A DNA stretch of 63,444 nt, filler included, from Callorhinchus milii (GCF_018977255.1; 16 parts of 12 records of this genome joined end to end with filler, not necessarily neighbours in it); one strand, 5' to 3'; counted from the first letter of the whole stretch, positions 27,985 through 40,677 are shown. Notes: a model not told the origin generated them from the letters alone. A program made the numbers and translations.

Positions 27985-29967
27985 GTTTTTCTCTCTAGCA
28001 CCTTGGGATTCAAGGAGGGTAAGTTAAGTCTGTACTAGTGGGAACCCTGTAATGATGGCAAAGGTTGTATATCGTTCTTTCTTGCACCATTCCACACTCC
28101 AGAGGTTTGGCAACACTGTGTGGAATTCATGCAGGATGTCTGACATCCAAACATACGAGTCTTAACTCTGGTTCGCACTGGATGTTGAGATTAGAAGTTG
28201 TTAATAAAAGAGACTGGGGTTTGAGAGGGACAGGATGGAGGAGATCTTGCTGGATTAATGTGTTAAGCTCACAGTTTGGGTCGAGGGTTTAGTTCATCTA
28301 CACAGATTGTAGTAATATCAGAGATTGAAGTTACACACTTTTGTTAGATGGTGTAAAATCAGATTTGATGGTATCTGTTATAATCTTCGGATTAGACAGT
28401 GAATTTGCTTGGTTTTGGGTAATCTGGAACAGCTGTGTGAAGGTTGGTTTTGTTTGCCCAGAGCCAGTGTCTGTCCAGGTAGGTTCAGTTAACTGGTTGA
28501 GCGTCAGTTTATGCGACAGATGGTTTGGAGCACTTGTTGATCATCAGTTTGTGTCCAAGTTGGTTCAGTGCAGGTTGTGAGGTAGTAAAGGGCTAATCAA
28601 AATAAGGTGAATGTTTGCGATCACAGAGAGGGGTCTCAGGTGCTCAGGATTGATTGGGTAAAAGTGTCTTTGGCACGTTTGAGGTATAAAAGGGAGGAAT
28701 GGAGATGAACCAAAGTTGTTGAGGTTTGGAGTTTTCACTGACACTTGACTCTAACATTACTAATTATACAAACTCTGAATTTCAGCAACTTGTAAGAGAT
28801 TTAAGTCTGGGGTAAGGTTACTCTATTGGTTACTACCTCACAACCTGCAAAATTGTGAAGAGAGGGATGTCTCCTTCAAGAGTGCAATTAAACAGCATGT
28901 AATTCTCAGCCAGTGATAAGATAATAATAATAATAATAATAATAATCCTTGCATTTGATATAGCGCTTTTCACGTCGGGAGGACGTCCCAAAGCGCTTCA
29001 CAGAATATACTGTAAAGTGAATTGACTGTATATTTGTGGGCGAACGCGGCAGCCAATTGCGCACAGCAATGTCCCACAAACAGTCGTAGATTGAAAATGA
29101 CCAATTTATTATTGTTTTTGGTTTTGGAGGGATTATTAATATAATGTGACAAGGTGTGGAGTCGTTGTCTGTCAAGGTTGGTTCAGGGCAGTTGTAGAGA
29201 GTTAGTGTATGTCAGAGGATCCTCTGTTATTGATGCTTTTTATCCTGAGATTGGTTCAGTGTAGAGTTGATTTGTGTTGGGGCTGATTCAATATAGGTAA
29301 ACAGCCTTTTAGTTTAGAACGGTGTCTGATTTGGATGTGTTGGACTACATGGTAAGTGAAGATTCCTGGAAACCTTAGGGGGACAACTGAAGCTCATGCC
29401 CGGTTTCTCTCTCTAGCTCCTTGGGACTCGTGGAGGATACGTTAAGTCTGTATGTGTGCGAACCAACCCAGTGATGATGGCAAAGGTTGTATATCTTTCT
29501 CTCTTGCACCTTTCCACACTCCAGAGGTTTGGCAACACGATGTGGACTTCATGCAGGATGTCTGACATCTGAACACATGTGAGCCAAACTCTGGTTCACA
29601 CTGGAGGTTGAGATTAGCAGTTGTTAGTAACAAAGACTGGGGTTTGAGAGGGACAAGATGGGGAGATGTTGCGGAGTTAATATGATGAGGTGATAATTTG
29701 GGTTGATGGTAGAATTAATTGGTACAGATTGTATGAATCACGGAGATTCAAGTCGGACACTGTAGTTAGATGATGTAAGGTTTGATTTAATAACATCTAT
29801 TACAAGAGTTTGATCTGAGATCAAATGGATTTTTTGTGTTGTGTAATATAGTCTTTGTGTGAAGGTTAGTTTATTTTCCCAGAGCCAGTGTCTGTCGAGG
29901 TTGGTTGGATTGAATGGCTCAGAGTCGGTTTGTGTTGGGGCTGGTTGTGGAGCATCAGTTTGTGTGC
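27985..29967. repeat. Two diverged direct copies of a >=570-nt unique-looking segment (27985-28557 and 29403-29967)
   Basis: Shared blocks such as GATGGCAAAGGTTGTATATC, TTCCACACTCCAGAGGTTTGGCAACAC and CCCAGAGCCAGTGTCTGTC at ~1.42 kb offset. Confidence 0.85.
28921..29141 (-). mobile_element. 5'-truncated SINE, close to consensus
   Basis: (AAT)n CCTTGCATTTGATATAGCGCTTTTCACGTCGGGAGGACGTCCC... is the reverse complement of the SINE tail and body. Confidence 0.9.
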
Positions 29968-30067
29968 NNNNNNNNNNNNNNNNNNNNNNNNNNNNNNNNN
30001 NNNNNNNNNNNTTAATTAATTAANNNNNNNNNNNNNNNNNNNNNNNNNNNNNNNNNNNNNNNNNNNN

Positions 30068-30109
30068 AACACAACATACACCACATACACATACACACAC
30101 ACATACACA

Positions 30110-30158
<49 letters not shown>

Positions 30159-30296
30159 ACACACACACACACATACACACACACACATACATACACACAC
30201 ACACATACACACACACACACACACACATACACACACACATACACACACACATACACACACACACACACATACACCATACACACACACACACACATA

Positions 30297-30335
<39 letters not shown>

Positions 30336-30531
30336 ACACACATACACACACACACACATACACACACACATACACACACACACATACACACACACATACA
30401 CACACACACACACACATACACACATACATACACATACACACACACACATACACACACACACATACACACATACACACACACACATACACACACACACATA
30501 CACATACACATACACACATACACACACACAC

Positions 30532-30605
<74 letters not shown>

Positions 30606-30640
30606 ACACACCACATACACACACACATACACACACACAC

Positions 30641-30675
<35 letters not shown>

Positions 30676-30856
30676 TACACACACACATACACACACACAC
30701 ACACATACACACACACACCATACACACACACACACATACACACACACACATACACACACACACACACACACACATACACACACACCACATACACACACAC
30801 ATACACACACACACACACATACACACACACACACACATACACATACACACACACAC

Positions 30857-30887
<31 letters not shown>

Positions 30888-33800
30888 TACACACACACCA
30901 CATACACACACACATACACACACACACACACATACACACACACACACATACACACACACCACACACACACACACACATACACACACATACACACACACAC
31001 ACACCACATACACACACACATACACACACACACACATACACACACACATACACACATACACACACACATACACACACACACATACACACACACATACACA
31101 CACACACACACCACATACACACACACATACACACACACACATACACACATACACACACACATACACACACACACATACACACACACATACACACACACAC
31201 GCACATACACACACACATACACACACACACACACACACATACACACACACACATACACACACACACACACACATACACACACACACACACACCACATACA
31301 CACACACATACACACACACACACATACACACATACACACACACATACACACACACATACACACACACACACACACATACACACACACACACATACACACA
31401 CACACACACACACACCTCCGGTACATAAAGAGGNNNNNNNNNNNNNNNNNNNNNNNNNNNNNNNNNNNNNNNNNNNNTTAATTAATTAANNNNNNNNNNN
31501 NNNNNNNNNNNNNNNNNNNNNNNNNNNNNNNNNCAAGGTTTCACCCCCACACACACACCCCCCCACACACACACACACCCTCCACACACACACCCCCCCA
31601 CACACACACACCCCACACACACACACACCCCCCACACACACCCTCCCACACACACACCCCCCCCCCCACACACACACACACCCCCCCCACACACACACCC
31701 CACACACACACACACCCACACACCCCCCCCCCCACACACACACACCCCACACACACACACACCCTCCACACACACACCCCCCCCCCACACACACACACAC
31801 CCTCCACACACCCCCCCCCCACACACACACACACACCCCCCCCACACACACACCCCACACACACACACACCCACACACCCCCCCCCACACACACACACCC
31901 CACACACACACACACCCTCCACACACACCCTCCACACACACACCCCCCCCCCCCACACACACACACCCCCACACCCCCCACACACACCCCACACACACCC
32001 CACACCCCCACACACACCCCCCCACACACCCCCCCACACCCCCCACACACACCCCCACACACACACCCCCACACCCCCCACACACACCCCACACCCCCCC
32101 CACACACACACACCCCCCCCACACACACACACACCCCCACACACACCCCACACACACACACACACACCCCCACACACCCCCCACACACACCCCACACACA
32201 CCCCACACACACACACACCCCCCCCCACACACACACACACACCCCCACACACCCCCCACACACACCCCACACACACCCCACACACACACACACCCCCCCC
32301 CACACACACACACCCCCCCCCACACACACACACACCCCCCCCCACACACACACACCCCCCCCCACACACACACACACCCCCACACACACCCCACACACAC
32401 ACACACACACCCCCACACACCCCCCACACACACCCCACACACACCCCACACACACACACACACCCCCCACACACACCCCACACACACCCCACACACACAC
32501 ACACCCCCACACACACACACACACACCCCCACACACCCCCCACACACACCCTCCACACACACCCCACACACCCCCCACACACCCCCACACACACCCTCCA
32601 CACACACCCCACACACACACACACCCCCCCCACACACACACACACCCCACACACACCCCCACACACACACCCCCCACACCCCCACACACACCCCCCCCAC
32701 ACANNNNNNNNNNNNNNNNNNNNNNNNNNNNNNNNNNNNNNNNNNNNTTAATTAATTAANNNNNNNNNNNNNNNNNNNNNNNNNNNNNNNNNNNNNNNNN
32801 NNNTCCCCTTCTTCTTCCCCACACACACCCACACACACTCACACACACACCCACACACACTCACACACACCCACACACACTCACACACACCCACACACAC
32901 TCACACACACTCACACACACACCCACACACACTCACACACACCCACACACACTCACACCCACACACACACACACTCACACACACACACTCACACACACAC
33001 ACTCACACACACCCACACACACTCACACACACCCACACACACTCACACACACACCCACACACACCCACACACACTCACACACACTCACATACACTCACAC
33101 ACACACCCACACACACCCACACACACTCACACACACTCACATACACTCACACACACACCCACACACACCCACACACACTCACACACACTCACATACACTC
33201 ACACACACACCCACACACACCCACACACACTCACACACACGCACACACACACACCCACACACACTCACACACACCCACACACACTCACACACACACTCAC
33301 ACACACACCCACACACACTCACACACACACTCACACACACCCACACACACTCACACACACACCCACACACACACTCACACACACCCACACACACCCACAC
33401 ACACTCACACACACACATACATTCACACCCACACACACACTCACACACACTCACACACACACCCACACATACTCACACACACACACCCACACACACTCAC
33501 ACACACCCACACACACTCACACACACTCACACACACACCCACACACACTCACACACACCCACACACACTCACACACACACCCACACACACTCACACACAC
33601 CCACACACACACACACACTCACACACACACCCACACACACCCACACACACTCACACACACGCACACACACACCCACACACACTCACACACACCCACACAC
33701 ACTCACACACACACCCACACACACTCACACACACCCACACACACACTCACACACACACCCACACACACTCACACACACACCCACACACACTCACACACAC

Positions 33801-34390
33801 CCACACACACACTCACACACACACCCACACACACTCACACACACACCCACACACACTCACACACCCACACACACCCACACACACTCACACACTCACACAC
33901 ACACACCCACACACACACACCCACACACACCCACACTCACACACGCCCTCACACACACTCACACACACACCCACACACACTCACACACACCCACACACAC
34001 ACACACACTCACACACACACCCACACACACCCACACACACTCACACACACTCACACACACACCCACACACACTCACACACACCCACACACACTCACACAC
34101 ACACCCACACACACTCACACACACCCACACACACACACACCCACACACACACACCCACACACACTCACACACACACACTCACACACACACACACCCACAC
34201 ATACCCACACTAACATACGCACACACACCCACACACCCACACACACTCACACACTCACACACACACACTCACACACACACACACACACACCCACACACAG
34301 TCACACACACACACACACACTCACACACACACACCCACACACACACACCCACACCCACACACACCCACACTCACACACGCCCACACACAC
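30068..34390. repeat. Three separate microsatellite contigs: (CA)n/(CATA) 30068-31433, (CA)n/C-runs 31534-32703, (CA)n/CACT/CACC 32804-34390
   Basis: Seen directly; separated by spacers. Confidence 0.93.
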
Positions 34391-34490
34391 NNNNNNNNNN
34401 NNNNNNNNNNNNNNNNNNNNNNNNNNNNNNNNNNTTAATTAATTAANNNNNNNNNNNNNNNNNNNNNNNNNNNNNNNNNNNNNNNNNNNN

Positions 34491-35799
34491 TCATAATAGA
34501 TGCTGTGAATGGGTTAACTTTTAAGTTAAGTGTTGGGGGACAACTGGACTGACAGTCATGGGATAGGACTCATCTGTTTTCCTCTGTTTTTGAAAGAATA
34601 ACGGACAGGGGCCGGGGGTCACCTCTTATCAGTAAATGACAACAAACCACAGAGGTGACGGTCCAAGGTACCGGTCGACACAGGATCTTGACTGAGCAAT
34701 AAGTCGCTAGATTCTGACAGGGCCGACCGACAGAAGGCAACCCTCAAGAATAGCAATTAATGAGCAAGTTGCTTAGACTAGAGGACCTCGGTACCATCCC
34801 GGGGGATACTGATAAGAAATAACCAGTCACTTAAAAGGAATGTACCAATGATCCCACACCACAAAATAATGAGCACCAGATACAGCCCTAAACTGATCAA
34901 ACCTCTATCTTAGACAATTAGATCAGATAACAGGGGGTCTTAAGGACAATGTGTATGTGGGCTGAGGCACGTACACCCGGCATGATTTCGACCGGGTGAT
35001 CTAATGTCCGCACCATGATTGGATGAACATTGGTGTAAAAGTTCTGTTAACTTTGTGTCCGGGGCCGTCCCGGGTCGTGGAGACAAGGATACGGGAGATG
35101 GAGCCATCCCGGGTCGTGGAGACAAGGATACAGGAGATGGGGCCGTCCCGGGTCGTGGAGACAAGGATACGGGAGATGGAGCCGTCCCGGGCTGCGGAGA
35201 CAAGGATACGGGAGATGGGGCCGTCCCGGGTCGTGGAGACAAGGATACGGGAGATGGGGCCGTCCCGGGCTGCGGAGACAAGGATACGGGAGATGGGGCC
35301 GTCCCGGGTCGTGGAGACAAGGATACGGGAGATGGGGCCGTCCCGGGTCGTGGAGACAAGGATACGGGAGATGGGGCCGTCCCGGGCTGCGGAGACAAGG
35401 ATACGGGAGATGGAGCCGTCCCGGGCTGCGGAGACAAGGATACGGGAGATGGAGCCATCCCGGGCTGCGGAGACAAGGATACGGGAGATGGAAGACTGAG
35501 AGCTGGAAACACTGAGACTGAGGATATCAGATGGAGGATTGAAAGCTGTCGGCAAGAAGACTGAAAACATGAAGAATCAAACTTGTGGGCTGGAAAGGCA
35601 CAGTGTTGAACTCCTGAACTCGAGATACCTATAGTGGTGTTATTCTGTTGTAAGATCTGTTGATTGTATCGGCCTTTGGTCTGACCCATCGGGGATATTG
35701 GGGAGTAACGAACGAATAATAATAATAAAACAGTCTGATATCTGGTGAGAGGAATCAGCGTTATTTCCTTACAGATTTGGCTGATTTTATTTTCGAACA
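34491..35799 (+). mobile_element. Solo LTR, copy 1 (5' end cut by the contig start)
   Basis: Homologous to 45291-47214; ends TTCGAACA followed by CTGT; AATAAA ~70 nt before the end. Confidence 0.78.
35061..35490. repeat. 39-bp VNTR inside the LTR, 11 units
   Basis: Unit GGGGCCGTCCCGGGTCGTGGAGACAAGGATACGGGAGAT. Confidence 0.95.
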
Positions 35800-35835
35800 C
35801 TGTGGCCGGACACGGCCGATGGGGGTCTCGCTGTG

Positions 35836-35958
35836 AGCCGTCAGGCGGCCCGGCTCGGGCGGAGGGTCTTACCTCTGAGTCAGGGGGTCGCGGGTTCCAG
35901 CCCCGCGTCGGGGGCTCTTTGGGCTGATCGTCCAGTCTGATCCTCCAGTGTAGCTCTG
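35836..35958 (+). mobile_element. Degenerate, GC-shifted head of a Deu-type SINE (copy 2 at ~47251-47373)
   Basis: CCTCTGAGTCAGGGGGTCGCGGGTTCCAGCCCC...CTGATCCTCCAGTGTAGCTCTGGGGG resembles the recalled shark DeuSINE head and the element at 57360-57780. Confidence 0.5.
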
Positions 35959-36760
35959 GGGGGGGGGGTCTCCTCTCTCTAACTGTGCCTGTGTGGGGGG
36001 TCTCCTCTCTCTAACTGTCCCTGTGGGGGGTCTCCTCTCTCTAACTGTCCCTGTGGGGGGTCTCCCCTCTCTAACTGTCCCTGTGGGGGGGGGTCTCCTC
36101 TCTAACTGTGCCTGTGGGGGGGTCTCCTCTCTAACTGTCCCTGTGGGGGGTCTCCTCTCTCTAACTGTCCCTGTGGGGGGGGGTCTCCTCTCTCTAACTG
36201 TCCCTGTGGGGGGGGTCTCCTCTCTAACTGTCCCTGTGGGGGGGTCTCCTCTCTCTAACTGTCCCTGTGGGGGGTCTCCTCTCTCTAACTGTCCCTGTGG
36301 TGGGGGGGGGGGGGTCTCCTTTCCTCTAACTGTCCCTGTGGGGGGGGGTCTCTCTACCTGTCCCTGTGGGGGGGTCTCCTCTCTAACTGTCCCTGTGGGG
36401 GGGTCTCCTCTCTAACTGTCCCTGTGGGGGGGTCTCCTCTCTAACTGTCCCTGTGGGGGGGGTCTCCTCTCTAACTGTCCCTGTGGGGGGTGGTCTCCTC
36501 TCTAACTGTCCCTGTGGGGGGGTCTCCTCTCTAACTGTCCCTGTGGGGGGGTCTCCTCTCTAACTGTCCCTGTGGGGGGGTCTCCTCTCTCTAACTGTCC
36601 CTGTGGGGGGGGTCTCCTCTCTAACTGTCCCTGTGGGGGGGGTCTCCTCTCTAACTGTCCCTGTGGGGGGGTCTCCTCTCTAACTGTCCCTGTGGGGGGG
36701 TCTCCTCTCTCTAACTGTCCCTGTGGGGGGGTCTCCTCTCTAACTGTCCCTGTGGGGGGG
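35957..36760. repeat. ~30-bp VNTR (CTAACTGTCCCTGT-G5-9-TCTCCTCT), ~27 units
   Basis: Seen directly. Confidence 0.95.
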
Positions 36761-36767
36761 ATGTGAA

Positions 36768-37351
36768 GCTCGAGCTGTAACGGTCGCCGCTCGCGCCTCT
36801 CTGTCTCCCGCCCACTCCCGCTCATCACGTGGGCTCCCGCCGCGTCCCCCATTGGCCGCTCGCGGGGCTCCTCAGCACGTGGTCTCACCCCAGACGGGGC
36901 CGCGGCCGCCACCGCGCAGGCGCCGCCCCCGCCTCGAGCCGGGGCTCCGCGCGCTCCTCGGCGCCTCACAGTCGGAGCCGCCGAACGGTCGCCGCCCCCC
37001 CCCCTCTCGCGGCTCCGTCTCGCGCGCTCCCTCGTCACGTGCTCTGGGCGGGGCTCGTCGCGTGGGTGTGTTTCTCTCCCGCCCTATCTGACAGGATGAC
37101 GCCCATTGGCCGCCCGCGAGGCCCACCAGCACGTGGTCTGACCATATAAGGGTATCGGCCGTCACCGCGCAGGCGCCGCTCCTCCCCCCCCCCACCACCA
37201 GCACGTGATCCTCGGCGCCTAACGGTCGGCGCTCGCGGCTCCCGCGCGGCTTCGGGAGCCTTTCGTCGTCGTCGTCGGCGGCAACGACGACCCCCTGAAG
37301 GGGGAGGAAGAGCGACGAGGGACGAGGCCTGAAGCCCAGAGACAGCAGCAG
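36768..37351 (+). promoter_or_regulatory. CpG island / probable promoter and non-coding first exon, copy 1
   Basis: Very CpG-dense. CACGTG at 36826, 36876, 37036, 37130 and 37202; ATTGG at 36851 and 37105; GCGCAGGCGC twice; CArG CCATATAAGG at 37142-37151; GC boxes; possible donor CAG|GTCAGG at 37351/37352. Confidence 0.65.
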
Positions 37352-37353
37352 GT

Positions 37354-39222
37354 CAGGGCAGGGAGGGTAGTGGTAGGAGGGTGGAGGGCAGGGAGGGTAG
37401 TGGTTGGAGGGCAGGGAGGGTCGTGGTAGGAGGGTGGAGGGCAGGGAGGGTAGTGGTAGGAGGGTGGAGGGCAGGGAGGGTAGTGGTTGGAGGCAGGGAG
37501 GGTAGTGGTAGGAGGGTGGAGGGCAGGGAGGGTCGTGGTAGGAGGGTGGAGGGCAGGGAGGGTAGTGGTAGGAGGGTGGAGGGCAGAGAGGGTAGTGGTA
37601 GGAGGGTGGAGGGCAGGGAGGGTAGTGGTAGGAGGGTGGAGGGTAGGGAGGGTAGTGGTAGGAGGTGGAGGGCAGGGAGGGTAGTGGTTGGAGGGTGGAG
37701 GGCAGGGAGGGTAGTGGTTGGAGGGTGGAGGGTAGGGAGGGTAGTGGTTGGAGGGTGGAGGGCAGGGAGGGTAGTGGTTGGAGGGTGGAGGGTAGGGAGG
37801 GTAGTGGTTGGAGGGTGGAGGGTAGGGAGGGTAGTGGTTGGAGGGCAGGGAGGGTAGTGGTAGGAGGGTGGAGGGCAGGGAGAGTAGTGGTAGGAGGGTG
37901 GAGGGTAGGGAGGGTTAGTGGTAGGAGGGTGGAGGGCAGGGAGGGTAGTGGTAGGAGGGTGGAGGGCAGAGAGGGTAGTGGTGGGAGGGTGGAGGGCAGG
38001 GAGGGTAGTGGTAGGAGGGTGGAGGGCAGAGAGGGTAGTGGTAGGAGGGTGGAGGGCAGGGAGGGTAGTGGTTGGAGGGTAGGGAGGGTAGTGGTAGGAG
38101 GGTGGAGGGTAGGGAGGGTAGTGGTAGGAGGGTGGAGGGCAGGGAGGGTAGTGGTTGGAGGGTAGGGAGGGTAGTGGTAGGAGGGTGGAGGGTAGGGAGG
38201 GTAGTGGTAGGAGGGTGGAGGGTAGGGAGGGTAGTGGTTGGAGGGTAGGGAGGGTAGTGGTAGGAGGGTGGAGGGTAGGGAGGGTAGTGGTAGGAGGGTG
38301 GAGGGCAGGGAGGGTAGTGGTTGGAGGGTAGGGAGGGTAGTGGTAGGAGGGTGGAGGGTAGGGAGGGTAGTGGTAGGAGGGTGGAGGGTAGGGAGGGTAG
38401 TGGTAGGAGGGTGGAGGGCAGGGAGGGTAGTGGTTGGAGGGTGGAGGGCAGGGAGGGTAGTGGTAGGAGGGTGGAGGCAGGGAGGGTAGTGGTGGGAGGG
38501 TGGAGGGCAGGGAGGGTAGTGGTTGGAGGGTGGAGGGCAGGGAGGGTAGTGGTTGGAGGGTGGAGGGCAGGGAGGGTAGTGGTAGGAGGGTGGAGGGCAG
38601 GGAGGGTAGTGGTTGGAGGGTGGAGGGTAGGGAGGGTAGTGGTTGGAGGGCAGGGAGGGTAGTGGTAGGAGGGTGGAGGGCAGGGAGGGTAGTGGTAGGA
38701 GGGTGGAGGGCAGGGAGGGTAGTGATAGGAGGGTGGAGGGCAGAGAGGGTAGTGGTAGGAGGGTGGAGGGTAGGGAGGGTAGTGGTAGGAGGGTGGAGGG
38801 CAGGGAGGGTCGTGGTAGGAGGGTGGAGGGCAGGGAGGGTAGTGGTGGGAGGGTGGAGGGCAGGGAGGGTAGTGGTTGGAGGGTGGAGGGCAGGGAGGGT
38901 AGTGGTTGGAGGGTGGAGGGCAGGGAGGGTAGTGGTAGGAGGGTGGAGGGCAGGGAGAGTAGTGGTTGGAGGGTGGAGGGTAGGGAGGGTAGTGGTGGGA
39001 GGGTGGAGGGCAGGGAGGGTAGTGGTTGGAGGGTGGAGGGTAGGGAGGGTAGTGGTGGGAGGGTGGAGGGCAGAGAGGGTAGTGGTTGGAGGGTAGGGAG
39101 GGTGGAGGGCAGGGAGGGTAGTGGTAGGAGGGTGGAGGGCAGAGAGGGTAGTGGTAGGAGGGTGGAGGGCAGGGAGGGTAGTGGTGGGAGGGTGGAGGGC
39201 AGAGAGGGTAGTGGTTGGAGTG
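37354..39222 (+). repeat. 30-bp G-rich VNTR with a canonical G4 motif per unit, ~60-65 units
   Basis: Unit GGAGGGTGGAGGGCAGGGAGGGTAGTGGTA, with 23-bp deletion variants. Confidence 0.95.
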
Positions 39223-39229
39223 TGGCTCA

Positions 39230-39425
39230 AGGCTCAGTCGAAAAGGAAGGTCTTAAGAGGTAACGGAGGGAGCGAGGCGAGGGGGCTGTGAGATGGAGTT
39301 CCAAAGGGTGGGGGCAGAGGGGCTGAAGGCCGTTGGTGGGCTGAGCAGAGGGAACTGACTGGTTGGTACGGCCTTCGCGGGTCGCAGAGGTAGGATGGAG
39401 CCAGGCAATGGAGGACCTGCAACTC
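39230..39425 (-). mobile_element. Decayed L2 LINE 3' ORF fragment (copy 2 at ~49986-50181)
   Basis: Minus translation VLHCLAPSYLCD...PYQPVSSLCSA...LKTFLFD, similar to the L2 C-terminus at 58870-59140. Confidence 0.7.
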
Positions 39426-39634
39426 ATTCCGCTCAGATCGTTCTACCTCCTGACCCTTTTCTCTTGTTCCAGTCGTTCGTTATCCTATGGGTAGAGAAAC
39501 ACATCCCAGTGTCTGTCCTGGAATTGCGCCTTTCCATCTCGAAACCTGCGGCTTCACACGTCCTCGTCAGCGCTTTGTCTCACACAGGTTTTAACAGGAG
39601 CTGAGAGGGAAGACCCCCGGCGACCGGTCCCTAA

Positions 39635-40210
39635 AGTGTTGTGTAGTTGTGCTCAGGACGGACTGAGTTGATCGGTAAAGATTACAGTGCGGAGCTGAAC
39701 AGCAACTCTGAGGAGTCACCTCCTCACAAACGGGTAAAGTGACAGCAGTTTTGAATCAGGCAACGCTGAGGGTGAAATGGCTTCTCAACACCAGACTTGA
39801 CAGTCTGACCGAGGAGTTAAATCGTTCGGTTTGTCTGGATCTCTTTACTGACCCGGTCACCCTGGATTGTGGTGGCCACAACTTTTGCCGCTCCTGTATG
39901 GGGGGGTGGGGGCACGTTGTGGTGGTGGGGGGTGGGGGGTAATTACGGGAGAAGGTGCCGAGATCTGTGGGTCCACAGAGAACCTGCAAGAAGGTGGAGA
40001 CGGATACACGGCAAGTTTCTACTGCTTTGTGTTTTGGTTCGTACCCAATGTAATCACTCCTTCAAATTAACCAAATGAAGTAAATTGGTCGCTTCAACCC
40101 ACCACTGTTTGTGGGACGTCGCTGTGCGCAATTGGTTGCCGCGTTTCGCCCCGAAATGCACAGTCAGTTCACTTCGCAGAAAATCCTTTGAAGCACTTTG
40201 AGACGTCTCG
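39635..40210 (+). pseudogene. Internally deleted TRIM relic, copy 1
   Basis: Matches the 5' flank and first ~120 nt of TRIM exon 1 (ATG 39777; a +1 T gives MASQHQT*). It then jumps to sequence homologous to the TRIM 3' flank (GGGGTGGGGG.AATTACGGGAGAAG; ACCCAATGTAAT...SINE). Confidence 0.85.
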
Positions 40211-40423
40211 AAGGTGGTGTTGGGATTTCCGATCCCTGAGTTCGAAATGTGACCCGACAAATCCAAAGTGGTGTAACGACGTTTTATTGAACAACTTGTC
40301 AAATATAAGTATTCACAGAAGCATAGCATTCTACCCGCTCCGATGACTCTGAGTAACGACCATCTGACCTCTATCCTTGTCTTTCCTCCGGCTGCTGCCG
40401 ACCACTCCCTCCTCTTTCACTTT

Positions 40424-40677
40424 ATAATAATAATAATAATATTAATTATCCTTGCATTTGATACAGCGCTTTTTCACGCCTTCTCAAAGCGCTTCACAGA
40501 ATATACCGTGAAGTGAATTGACTGTACGTTTGTGGGCGAAACGCGGCAGCCGATCGCGCACAGCAGTACCCCACAACGGTCTTGGATTGAAAATGACCAA
40601 TTTATTATTGTTTTGATTATTAGGAGTGTGGAGGAAGGAAACCTGCCCAAGCTATCGCCCTGCCTGGAATTGAACTC
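40424..40677 (-). mobile_element. SINE copy upstream of the TRIM gene (copy 2 at ~51178-51432)
   Basis: Reverse complement of tail, body and B-box part of the head. Confidence 0.85.

Noticed and set aside
34940..35800. Repetitive ORFs over the 39-bp VNTR (GAVPGRGDKDTGD with RGD; PSPVSLSP resembling Pol II CTD)
   Set aside because: The unit is stop-free in most frames, lies within an LTR, and copy 2 has frameshifting 37-bp units.
35061..36760. CRISPR-like arrays
   Set aside because: Head-to-tail repeats without unique spacers, no cas genes, vertebrate context.
37268..37304. Adjacent hairpins (GTCGTCGT/ACGACGAC; CCCCC/GGGGG) as an ncRNA or terminator
   Set aside because: Short stems are expected in GC-rich, triplet-like sequence; no RNA family recognised.
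37353..39230. 625-aa Pro/Thr-rich mucin/extensin-like ORF
   Set aside because: Antisense translation of the G-rich VNTR; frames shift with the 23-bp variants and the ORF is not preserved in copy 2.
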